This document shows positions 55,460-64,000 of a DNA stretch of 64,000 bases, piece after piece (the first letter of the stretch is position 1; each line of letters starts with the position of its first letter). The stretch is from IMG/VR virus record IMGVR_UViG_3300035180_001680; one strand, given 5' to 3'. Position numbers and translations under genes: made by a program. The stretch is from a virus. Its lineage: Duplodnaviria > Caudoviricetes. Below the pieces are notes generated by a model. That model saw only the letters and a list, made by a program, of their open reading frames with translations. It was not told where the DNA came from and searched no databases.

Positions 55460-55762
55460 TTATCTTTTTCTTTTCTTTTTTCGTTCAATGCTTTCATTAG
55501 CACTTACATAATATTCAGGTGGTTTTTTTGTAATCCACTTAACAAACTTTTGGATGTTTTCATACTCCAATAAACGTTCAATCGTGTGATAATAATTAGC
55601 CAATTCACGTTCACTGAATGTGGCGTGGATATATCTATGGCAAACACGGTGGAGCATAACTCCATCTTTCCCTTTAAACGTCTTTGGAATTAAATGGTGG
55701 AAATCCACATTAATGTCACCCAGTGTTCTTCCACACAATGGACATAAATCATTTTCTGCCAT
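55460..55762 (-). CDS. Small HNH endonuclease
   Basis: CPLCGR..HHLIPK..LHRVCHRYIH. Confidence 0.82.
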   Translation of the reverse strand: MAENDLCPLCGRTLGDINVDFHHLIPKTFKGKDGVMLHRVCHRYIHATFSERELANYYHTIERLLEYENIQKFVKWITKKPPEYYVSANESIERKKKRKR

Positions 55763-55905
55763 TTTTATATATTTCTTGAATTGATTTTTCTAATTTAGAA
55801 TAAGTTTCTGATTTCATACTCAACCAAATTTACTCGCCTGTCTTTTGTCTTTTACAGGAATCATTACTTTGTTTGGAAAATGACCATCGTCGCACATTGG
55901 GCAGC

Positions 55906-56217
55906 TCATATTACATCCCTTTTAAGAAATTCACTTCTTCGTCCTTGAACATAAAAAAACATTCTTTTCCTTGTTAACAAACGGTGCGCACTATCTTCAG
56001 AATATAAATGGAGAATTCCTGATGCGTCTCTTGAATATTCACAAGCATTCGGCACTGTTAGAGCTATTCGGAAAGAGAAATCTTTATCTCCGATAAAATC
56101 TTCTAACGCAATCCACAGGGCTACGTCTTTATGAGTTTTAATCAAATTATTACTCATTCTTATGGAATAGAGGAGACCTCTCAATAAAATCTGACGTTCA
56201 GTTTCAGTTATCTCCAT
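55906..56217 (-). CDS. Hypothetical protein
   Basis: ORF. Confidence 0.55.
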   Translation of the reverse strand: MEITETERQILLRGLLYSIRMSNNLIKTHKDVALWIALEDFIGDKDFSFRIALTVPNACEYSRDASGILHLYSEDSAHRLLTRKRMFFYVQGRRSEFLKRDVI

Positions 56218-56358
56218 ATATCTCCGTTCAAGATTGTTAGCAACAAACGCGGATGCTATTGACAGAGATACTAAAAATTCGTTCCAAAACTCATCTGGTC
56301 ATCCCTCATTGTTTAGTTTAACTTTGAACTCATCAATAGCAGAACATGCTTTATTGTG

Positions 56359-56652
56359 TCAGGAGTTTGAGTCGGATACGTTGCTGTCTTGATCATCATC
56401 TCCATCTTCAAATTCATCATCCCACTTATCGTATACAAAATCTTTTTCAATAATGACTTCTTTAGAACACGCAACTTTCATTCGTTCTAGAGTCACAAGA
56501 ATTTCTTCAACACTGTATCCTCCAACTCCGATAGCGTCTTCGGTCATTGCTGTAACATTTCCAGTATTGTTGTAGTATACCTCACGAATTTCAAAGTAAA
56601 CTTCACCACCACTTTCACACTGAACCAATCGATGATTCCAATGACAACTCAT
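56359..56652 (-). CDS. Hypothetical protein
   Basis: WNHR..IREVYY motif. Confidence 0.65.
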   Translation of the reverse strand: MSCHWNHRLVQCESGGEVYFEIREVYYNNTGNVTAMTEDAIGVGGYSVEEILVTLERMKVACSKEVIIEKDFVYDKWDDEFEDGDDDQDSNVSDSNS

Positions 56653-56954
56653 CCGAATACTCCCAAAACGTTAAATCCAGTTCCAGTCATACGACGTTTG
56701 CGTTCTTCTGCTGCATCGTGCCACTCTTGACAATCAACGCAAAATTTTGCTGTTGGATATGCCAACTGTCGTTCAACAGGAATTGGTAATTCACAGTCTT
56801 GACATAATTTGTTTGGGTCGGCCAATTTTGCTGCTTCTTCTTTCGTTCCCTGGAACACCTTTGATCGAATTTCATTTACACCAGACTCGCGTTCTGCTCG
56901 TTCTGTAAATTCAGCCAATTCAGCTTCATCATATACTTCTGTGTTTGTCGTCAT
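56649..56954 (-). CDS. TraR/DksA C4 zinc-finger protein
   Basis: CQDCELPIPVERQLAYPTAKFCVDCQE. Confidence 0.85.
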   Translation of the reverse strand: MTTNTEVYDEAELAEFTERAERESGVNEIRSKVFQGTKEEAAKLADPNKLCQDCELPIPVERQLAYPTAKFCVDCQEWHDAAEERKRRMTGTGFNVLGVFG

Positions 56955-57147
56955 ACATTTTCCTTATTAAATCTTAATTCGAGTGAGTGAATCATACACA
57001 TTCCCCTAATGAAAGTCAACATATTTATTAGTTGTATAAATATAAAATATAAAATATAATTACCATATACTTCAACAGAGGGCTCCAACAAGCCCCTTCT
57101 CATCATCAGATTTTGTGATGATACATTTTCTTAATTAAGGAGAAAAC

Positions 57148-57684
57148 ATGAGAGGGATACTATTGTCCATTTTTTTGTTAGTTACATCTACAGTTTACGC
57201 GGGTTCTGAATACCAAGAAAAACAGAACAATTTACAACAACTTATTGATACAAATAAAAGCTCTATCGATAAACAACGATACTGTTTAGCTGAAACAATA
57301 TATTTTGAAGCTGCAGATTATAAAAAATCACAACTTGCTGTTGCAAACGTAGTAATAAATCGTGTAATAGATTCAGACTATCCTAAAACAGTGTGTGCAG
57401 TTACACATCAAACAACCAAAACTCGGTCCGGAAAGCACGTGTGTCAATTCTCATATCAATGTGATGGGGATAAAGACATAAACACGGAATCTGATAAATG
57501 GGCCAGTGCTCAAGAAATTGCTGCAAGTATTATGCACGCATTTGTAATTCAACAACGTACAGATATAACACACGGTGCTACACATTTTCACGATGAACGA
57601 GTTACACCTTCTTGGGCAGTATCTCCAAGTTTTGTTGAAGTGTTAAAAACAAAGCACCTTACATTTTACAAAGAACGCGATTAA
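57148..57684 (+). CDS. SleB-like cell wall hydrolase (Hydrolase_2)
   Basis: Signal peptide, CLAETIYFEA, VANVVINRV, YPKTVCAV, CQFS, ATHFH. Confidence 0.9.
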   Translation: MRGILLSIFLLVTSTVYAGSEYQEKQNNLQQLIDTNKSSIDKQRYCLAETIYFEAADYKKSQLAVANVVINRVIDSDYPKTVCAVTHQTTKTRSGKHVCQFSYQCDGDKDINTESDKWASAQEIAASIMHAFVIQQRTDITHGATHFHDERVTPSWAVSPSFVEVLKTKHLTFYKERD

Positions 57685-57769
57685 CTACTTGTTTTTAAAG
57701 TCAGTTTCGTAATACCCTTCACCTTTTAGATGAAAGGGTATTCCTTGTGAGATAATTCTCAAAAACGTT
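57652..57769 (+). repeat. 118-bp direct repeat, copy 1
   Basis: Appears identical to 59056..59173. Confidence 0.92.
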
Positions 57770-58171
57770 TTGATGGAATCTGGCCTGGTTGCTGTTGCAT
57801 ACGCACCAGGAACTTGGGTACTGTTCACAGAAGAAGAGGTTACAGAGTAATGGCGCACGACGGTAAGAACGTCCACTGCTTATCGCGTGAACCTCTTGAG
57901 CGGAAGTTTCACGATGAGTGAAAAAAGCATCAGGAACAAAACCATACTCTGGAATACATCCTTTACCGTTGTGTTTTTACCGTTGAAAAAGTGATTGTTG
58001 ACTTTATGGGGTGAATGTGAGATGATTGCTTCATCCTATTATTTTATCTGGAGTATTTGTGATCAAACTTCAACACCTTTCTACACGCGCAATTGCAGAT
58101 GCCAACGTGTTTGCAAACGCATTCGCCACATCACACAGTGACGATTGAAACTTCTTGGGATTGAATTCTAA

Positions 58172-58417
58172 ATGAATGTGTACACTGATAAAACGCTAAC
58201 AGACCTTGCTGAAGTAACGGCGCCTGGTCAGGACACATTAAAGCAATTGGTGAAAGAATTCTTCTACTACCTTGATATGACAGAAGAAAGTGATTCGGGT
58301 AGAGTATTTCACCCAACCATCATAACGTCGTGCAGAGTGCACGACCAACAAGCTATCAATAAAATTCTTAAACAGTTGAAGGCACACGTAACAGACGATC
58401 GGGATTCAACTGAATGA
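58172..58417 (+). CDS. Hypothetical protein in the insert
   Basis: FFYYLD..ESDSGRVFHP. Confidence 0.65.
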   Translation: MNVYTDKTLTDLAEVTAPGQDTLKQLVKEFFYYLDMTEESDSGRVFHPTIITSCRVHDQQAINKILKQLKAHVTDDRDSTE

Positions 58418-58704
58418 CAAAAGACATACGATATAACACGATCTCCGGATTGTTCGAAGATGACACAAGCCTCGTCCCCGTTAGCGTTCACTTTTCTGAA
58501 TGGTGGAACGGCGAAGGATTGACATTCAACTTTGATGATCAAAAACATATTTCACTGCACTCAGATGAAATCCGGGCACTGTGCGTGATTGCGATTGCAA
58601 CGGGTATGGTCAGCGTTGACGATTGCATAGAAGCTGCATACCAGATGAAGAAAGAATCATCTGACCGAGACGAAGCAATTCGCAAGACCAGAGAAGGTGG
58701 TTGA
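58414..58704 (+). CDS. Hypothetical protein in the insert
   Basis: ATGA coupling; SEWWNGEG. Confidence 0.65.
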   Translation: MTKDIRYNTISGLFEDDTSLVPVSVHFSEWWNGEGLTFNFDDQKHISLHSDEIRALCVIAIATGMVSVDDCIEAAYQMKKESSDRDEAIRKTREGG

Positions 58705-59055
58705 CTTTCGCCATCAGTTGGTGGTATAATGACCACATGAAATTAACAGAATTGAATGAATACTTTGAACCATCTCTGTATGAGATGTCAAACTTTTCCT
58801 CCCGCAATACAGGCCTCCCACCAGGAACTGTTCTCTGAGAACCGAGCCTACAGTATTACCTCACTCAAAATACAGAATCAAAATTAGTCACCCACAGAAT
58901 GGTACCGCGGTATTTGCTATTTGGGGAAACCACTTGGACAATTGATTGTGCTGATATTTTAGACAAACCAGCCCACTAAAAACAACGGTAGTAATGGTGT
59001 ATGATCCGACAGAGTATACGGAGTTGATCACGTTCATCTCCGAAGCCATTGAACC

Positions 59056-59173
59056 AAGCACCTTACATTTTACAAAGAACGCGATTAACTACTTGTTTTT
59101 AAAGTCAGTTTCGTAATACCCTTCACCTTTTAGATGAAAGGGTATTCCTTGTGAGATAATTCTCAAAAACGTT
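59056..59173 (+). repeat. 118-bp direct repeat, copy 2
   Basis: See copy 1. Confidence 0.92.
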
Positions 59174-59280
59174 GGTTTTCCACAAGATGGACAAATTTTT
59201 GGTTCATTGGATTCTTGGACTTTTTCGAGCACATCTTCTTTCGAATGACACGATGAACATTGATAAGTATAAAGAGGCAT
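59089..59280 (-). CDS. FmdB-family zinc-ribbon protein
   Basis: MPLYTYQC..C..CPSCG..F.LKG.GYY.TD. Confidence 0.85.
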   Translation of the reverse strand: MPLYTYQCSSCHSKEDVLEKVQESNEPKICPSCGKPTFLRIISQGIPFHLKGEGYYETDFKNK

Positions 59281-59403
59281 TTAACTTTCTTCGTCTTTCT
59301 CAAACCTTAATTTGGGTGCAATTAACCGTATAAATAATAGAAATACCACAATTACCATTCCTTCAGTTTCAAATATGAGAAGTAGTAGTTTTAAGAATTC
59401 CAT
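59281..59403 (-). CDS. 40-aa membrane peptide (not in the ORF track)
   Basis: MEFLKLLLLIFETEGMVIVVFLLFIRLIAPK..., translated by hand. Confidence 0.4.
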   Translation of the reverse strand: MEFLKLLLLIFETEGMVIVVFLLFIRLIAPKLRFEKDEES

Positions 59404-59461
59404 ACGATCACTTCACAAACCATCAAACACATTAGATATTTGAAGATTTTAACTGTCATAA

Positions 59462-60424
59462 TTATAGATGTTCAACAGCACCTTTGGAAAGTCCTTCGCT
59501 AACATAAATTTCTCGTGCTCCAAGGACTTTCAATTTCGTACTATAATATTGCTTAATATACGCAGCTAAAAACTCAACGGTTGTTTCAGTAGGAAGAACT
59601 ACAACTTTATGATAATCAGTGTTCAGTGTCATTTTGAAACGTCCACGCTGTTCGGTTGAATAACCAATCACTATTTCGTTGGGTGTAATTGATAATACGT
59701 TATCTTTACGAACAAACACTGTGTTGTCCAACTCTTTAGCAATTTCACACAATTCATCATATACCAAACTATTATAACTTACGTTATCGGTATGGATAAA
59801 CGAACGATGACCATGAGCAATGTTTTGACAACCAAACGATGTTGAATCTTTTAATCCGTGAACGTAGTGAAATGTGGCTGTAGCAACCATAATGTCAATT
59901 AAATGTTTATCCACATTATTAAAACATTGAACCTTTACATTAATATCTGGATACTTTGTTTGTAGATATGTTTGAACGTGTCGTCGAAAAGCATCACCAA
60001 TATAGTAGACACTGTATTCTGAATTTGTGTTCATTTTTTGTTCTATGACTCGAACAGCGTCTTTTGCCAAAATTAAAGTCATATTTGGTGTTACAATTGT
60101 AACAACATCGTCGGAACTATCATCAATAGAGACAACGTTCGAATATCCTTCAATTATCCACAATTTATGATCAAAACCATTTTTGTGTATATCAAATTCG
60201 TGTTTATCAATAGCAGTTTTAATATCTTTTTTAATAGTGGAAAAGTCTACAACGACTTTTTCTGTTGGGTCAGGACGACCAGATACGATAAAACTGGGAT
60301 TGAAAGACCCACCTTTAACACAGCCTTCGTTATCAATATAGGCGTGATCAACAACGGTTAAATTGTTGAGAAACATTGTTGATGATTCTGGTTCTTTGAA
60401 ACTATCTGGGATTTGTGTTATCAT
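59462..60424 (-). CDS. queD: 6-carboxytetrahydropterin synthase-like (long, two-domain QueD)
   Basis: VVDFSTIKK..GFDHKLW; HGLK..GCQNIAHGHRS; ETTVEFLA. Confidence 0.75.
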   Translation of the reverse strand: MITQIPDSFKEPESSTMFLNNLTVVDHAYIDNEGCVKGGSFNPSFIVSGRPDPTEKVVVDFSTIKKDIKTAIDKHEFDIHKNGFDHKLWIIEGYSNVVSIDDSSDDVVTIVTPNMTLILAKDAVRVIEQKMNTNSEYSVYYIGDAFRRHVQTYLQTKYPDINVKVQCFNNVDKHLIDIMVATATFHYVHGLKDSTSFGCQNIAHGHRSFIHTDNVSYNSLVYDELCEIAKELDNTVFVRKDNVLSITPNEIVIGYSTEQRGRFKMTLNTDYHKVVVLPTETTVEFLAAYIKQYYSTKLKVLGAREIYVSEGLSKGAVEHL

Positions 60425-60474
60425 TTTTTCTCCAATTTAATTGTTGTAGAATTATACAACAATTTTAAAATATT

Positions 60475-61437
60475 TTAAACATATATTTGACTAACAGACT
60501 GCTTGGACCTCATTCTTCGTATAGTTTCTGCAACCAAATCACTAATTGATAATTGTCTGATGTTATTTGGAATATTGCCTATTAGTGGAATTGTATCTGT
60601 TACTACTAATTCGTCTAACACTGAATGAGTTAAATTCTCGTAAGCATTATCTGATAAGACAGGGTGAGTGGCATAAGCGACAACTTTAAGAGCACCATGG
60701 TCCTTTAAAGATTTCGCAGCCTTACATAAAGTTCCAGCTGTATCTACAATATCATCAACCATAATACAAACTTTTCCCTCTACGTCACCGATGATGTTCA
60801 TAACTTCTGATTCACCAGCTCGTGGGCGACGTTTATCAACGATAGCTAATTGAGTGTCACCGTTTAACTGTTCTGCAATTTGTCTAGAACGTAACACTCC
60901 ACCAATATCAGGAGAAACAACCATAAGTGTTTTTTCTTCTTTTTCTTTACGATACATCATTCTGATATCTTTAATGAATTCAACGGAAGCGGAAATGTTA
61001 GTAAAGGGAATCGTAAAAAACCCTTGTTGTTGAAGAGAATGAATATCAACCGATACTAAATGGTCAATACCAGCTGCTTGAATCACATCTGCTACAAGAC
61101 GGGAAGTAATTGGTCCACGGCTAAATCCTGGACGCCTATCTTGTCTGGAATATCCATAATAAGGAACAACCGCAATAATGCGTTTTGCAGCAGCTCTTCT
61201 TAATGCGTCTGTCATTGTCAACAATTCCATTAAATTGTCGTTAACAGGATTGCACGTTGACTGAATAACAAATACAACACTTCCTCTAACTGACTCTTCA
61301 ATTTCAACAGATGTTTCACCGTCTTTGAACTTACTTACTTTAGCCTTACCAAGTGCTAACCCCATCCTACTTGCTATCTTTGTGGCAAATTCAATATTTG
61401 AATTTCCAGCGAAAATCTTAACATTTGAAAGAGACAC
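60475..61437 (-). CDS. prs: Ribose-phosphate pyrophosphokinase
   Basis: F.DGE, PYYGYSRQDR, VSPDIGG, VDKRR, VDDIVDTAGT; GTG start inferred. Confidence 0.95.
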   Translation of the reverse strand: MSLSNVKIFAGNSNIEFATKIASRMGLALGKAKVSKFKDGETSVEIEESVRGSVVFVIQSTCNPVNDNLMELLTMTDALRRAAAKRIIAVVPYYGYSRQDRRPGFSRGPITSRLVADVIQAAGIDHLVSVDIHSLQQQGFFTIPFTNISASVEFIKDIRMMYRKEKEEKTLMVVSPDIGGVLRSRQIAEQLNGDTQLAIVDKRRPRAGESEVMNIIGDVEGKVCIMVDDIVDTAGTLCKAAKSLKDHGALKVVAYATHPVLSDNAYENLTHSVLDELVVTDTIPLIGNIPNNIRQLSISDLVAETIRRMRSKQSVSQIYV

Positions 61438-61551
61438 ATTTTCACCTATATTTGTGTGAGTTGTTTCGTAAAATATCAATACCAACATAAATCAATACTA
61501 CAGAAGGAAGCCTGATAGTTAGTATCAGGACACTCCATATAAGTCACTCAT

Positions 61552-62433
61552 TTAAGTTCCAATTGCATTCTTAAATACAGGAACATGCACTCTATAACAG
61601 AATGTATACCCTTTTTCAATACACATATTAGCAACAGTCGCCGCTATGTTTGTTTGTTGCTCTTCAGTACACGCGGTTGGCATAATTAGAACATTATTTA
61701 GTTGAACAACACCAGCATCCCAATAAACCTTCATCGCTCGTTCAACTTCATCAAAATCTTCTGCATCTGCATCACACACAAATTTGAAATATTGTTCAGC
61801 ACGCTTTACTCTTTGTTGCGCTAACGCGACCTCTGGTTTAATCGCATCTTCCCATTTTTCTCCACTTGCCCGGAGTTTTGGTGAATTGGCAAATGTGATC
61901 TTTCGTCCAGGTTTCCACCACGAATTTAGTAAATTAATGAAATCATCACGTATAGGAACTGAACAATTTGTTTCAATTAATAGATGTTTACAATCGTCCA
62001 TCTTTGGATGATTTAACAAAGCAGAAAGTTGTTTTTGACGGAGAGTTGGTTCTCCACCTGTTAAACTCAAGATGACTGGTTGTCCAGTTACAGGATGAAC
62101 CCAAGATTTGTGGGGAATAGTATCTAATACAGCATCAATTAATTGTTCCTCATTTCCAGACTGCCACAAATGAGCAAAACGATTGTCCCAAGCATAAATG
62201 CTATCACACCCAAGAGTAATTGGTGGTAGTTCTTTTAATGTTTTAAATTTTGTGGGGTCAAATCCTAACCCTGTGTTTGTTTCGGTATCTATGTGGGTTG
62301 GATTATTAAAACCTTTACACATAAAGTTGCACTTTGTGAATCGGATATATGCTGTTGGTACACCAGCATAAGGTCCTTCACCTTCTATTGAAGTAAAAAC
62401 TTCACTCCACTCAAACTTTGCCATTTTCGTCAA
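61552..62433 (-). CDS. queE: 7-carboxy-7-deazaguanine synthase (radical SAM)
   Basis: EVFTSIEGEG..IRFTKCNFMC..CDS, LTGGEP, IETN, SPKL. Confidence 0.88.
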   Translation of the reverse strand: MTKMAKFEWSEVFTSIEGEGPYAGVPTAYIRFTKCNFMCKGFNNPTHIDTETNTGLGFDPTKFKTLKELPPITLGCDSIYAWDNRFAHLWQSGNEEQLIDAVLDTIPHKSWVHPVTGQPVILSLTGGEPTLRQKQLSALLNHPKMDDCKHLLIETNCSVPIRDDFINLLNSWWKPGRKITFANSPKLRASGEKWEDAIKPEVALAQQRVKRAEQYFKFVCDADAEDFDEVERAMKVYWDAGVVQLNNVLIMPTACTEEQQTNIAATVANMCIEKGYTFCYRVHVPVFKNAIGT

Positions 62434-62671
62434 TCTCCTCTTGTAATCGATCTATTTTAGCTTGAAAATAAAAAGTTAAAAACGACAGTATGGGATATAA
62501 TACAGTTACTAACCAAAAAAACCCTGCTATCAACAATTCCACTGTAGTAATTCCTTTAGTACAGTCAATTTCCAAGAACATGAATTTCAAAGAAAGGATA
62601 GATATTATCATTAATAAAACGAATTCAAAGCTGTGACGTTTCCATGTTTGTAAAAAAGCTACTTTCAACAT
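62411..62671 (-). CDS. Small two-TM membrane protein
   Basis: Two hydrophobic segments. Confidence 0.55.
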   Translation of the reverse strand: MLKVAFLQTWKRHSFEFVLLMIISILSLKFMFLEIDCTKGITTVELLIAGFFWLVTVLYPILSFLTFYFQAKIDRLQEEIDENGKV

Positions 62672-62673
62672 TG

Positions 62674-63027
62674 TTATACCCCAATTTCATATAACGCGTG
62701 GCGAATAAAACTAGCAAGTTTTTTGTGGAATACTGATGATTGTACTTGACCTGACAAATCAACATATTCAACAATTAACACCTCATCTTCATCATATACA
62801 ACTTCAGGATTTACTGCTATTAAAATACCAAGTTCGTGATCTGTAACATCAACTGCGATAATTTGTTGGTTAACACCAATGTCTGGAGCTGTAATATATT
62901 CGAGGTTATGGTGTTCCATAGTTGCTATCATATCTCGAACAATTATTAAAATGTCAGAAGATATTTTTTCCACCTTTTCTATCTTTGGTGGTATATCACT
63001 TATTGCTACAAGTTCTTTTATTGACAT
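62674..63027 (-). CDS. Degenerate peptide deformylase-like protein
   Basis: DMIATM..APDIGVNQQIIAVD..NPEV; EGCLS absent and HExxH altered to RHALYE. Confidence 0.65.
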   Translation of the reverse strand: MSIKELVAISDIPPKIEKVEKISSDILIIVRDMIATMEHHNLEYITAPDIGVNQQIIAVDVTDHELGILIAVNPEVVYDEDEVLIVEYVDLSGQVQSSVFHKKLASFIRHALYEIGV

Positions 63028-63176
63028 AATATTGTTCTCCATTATAGTTATATTTGTAAAGTATTTATTATAAGAGATTATACCAGATGTTAAATTTGAA
63101 GACAACTGAATTAAAAGGCTGGAACGTTGGAGAGATACAGGCTCTCAGTTCCGTTACTTTCCTGTAACGTAAAATT

Positions 63177-63250
63177 TGGTGGAACTGCGGGGAATCGAAC
63201 CCCGATAAAAAGCTTGCAAAGCTTCCGTAATCCCTTTATACTACAGCCCC
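63177..63250 (-). tRNA. tRNA-Ala(TGC)
   Basis: G3:U70, loop TTTGCAA, encoded CCA. Confidence 0.85.
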
Positions 63251-63259
63251 AAAATCTAG

Positions 63260-63374
63260 TGTTGTTGGATGGACTCGAACCATCGGCGAACGTTTTATCT
63301 GCAGCGTTGCGGTCCTTTACCGGGGGCTACACCCTCGAGCAGACGTTATCTCTAACCAACTGATATACAACAAC
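63260..63374 (-). tRNA. tRNA-like gene with a 42-nt structured insertion in the anticodon loop
   Basis: GTTGTTG/CAACAAC acceptor, CAGTTGGTTAGAG D-arm, GATGG-TTCGAGT-CCATC T-arm, AACGT/ACGTT anticodon stem enclosing 49 nt. Confidence 0.75.
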
Positions 63375-63403
63375 ACTAATATCAACAAACAATTTGGATT
63401 CGT

Positions 63404-63640
63404 TTAAAATAATCTTTTTGCTTCAGTTCCATTCACAACGATCTTTTCTACACGATCAGTAACATACTCTCCATTCATGTATTTATGTGCTTCACTTGAT
63501 GTGTTAAAAGGTCCGACAAGTGTTGGGTCAACAGTTCTGATAAACACATAATATTTCTCTGGATCAATATTTCCTTTATCTATATCATCAGTTTTATTTA
63601 AATTGTAAACAGTTTCATTTAATAAATCACGAAGTTTCAT
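63404..63640 (-). CDS. Hypothetical late protein (MKLRDLLNE N-terminus)
   Basis: ATAAATA and GGAG upstream. Confidence 0.6.
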   Translation of the reverse strand: MKLRDLLNETVYNLNKTDDIDKGNIDPEKYYVFIRTVDPTLVGPFNTSSEAHKYMNGEYVTDRVEKIVVNGTEAKRLF

Positions 63641-63667
63641 GTTAGATTCTCCAGTTTTTATTATTTA

Positions 63668-63741
63668 TGGTGCCCTCATGCAGAATTGAACTGCATTTCC
63701 TTCTATACCAGAGAAGAGTAATACCAATATACTATAAGGGC
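63668..63741 (-). tRNA. tRNA-Thr(GGT)
   Basis: CTTCT-CTGGTAT-AGAAG, encoded CCA. Confidence 0.85.
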
Positions 63742-63773
63742 GCAACAAGACACGTTTTTGCGTTTTAATGTCT

Positions 63774-63850
63774 TGGTGGTGATGTCCAGAATCGAACTGG
63801 AATGTTCCTCGTTATGAGCAAGGCGGTATTACCTTTTCACCCACATCACC
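63774..63850 (-). tRNA. tRNA(CAT): elongator Met or Ile2
   Basis: Loop CTCATAA, G1-C72, encoded CCA. Confidence 0.82.
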
Positions 63851-63928
63851 AATATTATCTTGCACCATGTGGACCAAAACCTTCTCGATCTATCGCGTAC
63901 AATTCAAATCTATACATTTTCATCCATT

Positions 63929-64000
63929 TGGCAGACCACCAGGGAGTCGAACCCCGGCCTGCGGCTTTGGAGGCCGCTGTGCTACCGTAACACTTGTGGT
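63929..64000 (-). tRNA. tRNA-Trp(CCA), 5' end cut by the window
   Basis: GCGGC-CTCCAAA-GCCGC, G73, encoded CCA. Confidence 0.85.

Larger units (their letters stand above)
57770..59055. mobile_element. Foreign, more GC-rich ~1.3-kb segment between the 118-bp repeats
   Basis: Starts and ends mid-ORF; several lines ~50% GC versus ~30-35% in flanks (by-eye counts). Confidence 0.6.

Noticed and set aside
57685-57876. Second FmdB-like gene
   Set aside because: Chimeric ORF created by the 118-bp duplication; lacks the zinc ribbon.
29785-62433. Host chromosomal contamination explaining prs, rpsU, folE2, cca
   Set aside because: These genes are interleaved with phage hallmark genes, share the low GC and phage promoter motifs, and lack bacterial operon context.
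63177-63250. tRNA-Cys reading of the TTGCA-containing loop
   Set aside because: Stem register gives anticodon TGC, and G3:U70 with A73 indicates Ala.
1-64000. CRISPR array, rRNA, or stop-codon reassignment
   Set aside because: No regularly spaced repeats or rRNA-like tracts; long genes are open in the standard code, TAG/TGA/TAA all terminate genes, and no suppressor anticodon was seen.

Overview
AT-rich segment of a jumbo (T4-superfamily-like) myovirus genome, standard genetic code. The host is probably a proteobacterium (inferred from sigma70 promoters, AGGAG RBSs and TusE-, TraR-, FolE2- and HD-GYP-type genes). About 1-30.8 kb is mostly + strand: tail fibres, gp32-like SSB, UvsX/UvsY/UvsW, clamp loader, GroES, two complementary DnaE-like fragments, a nucleotidyltransferase split by a homing endonuclease, and FolE2. 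About 30.8-64 kb is mostly - strand accessory DNA: bS21, rIIA/B, RNA-repair-type enzymes, a 7-deazaguanine pathway (QueE, QueD-like, DpdL-like, TGT-like, Prs, PRTase) and 23 tRNA or tRNA-like genes. Main discovery: two tRNA arrays each lie behind a near-identical promoter, a short leader-peptide ORF and a terminator/antiterminator pair, and the leader codons match the anticodons of the downstream tRNAs. In one leader, 21 consecutive codons are all read by the array's tRNAs and all 9 anticodon types are represented. This looks like ribosome-sensed attenuation that switches on phage tRNAs when those tRNAs run short. The arrays also hold Lys, Asn and Ile tRNAs with long class-II variable arms, and a separate tRNA has a 42-nt structured insertion in its anticodon loop. 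All calls are by eye, without database searches.
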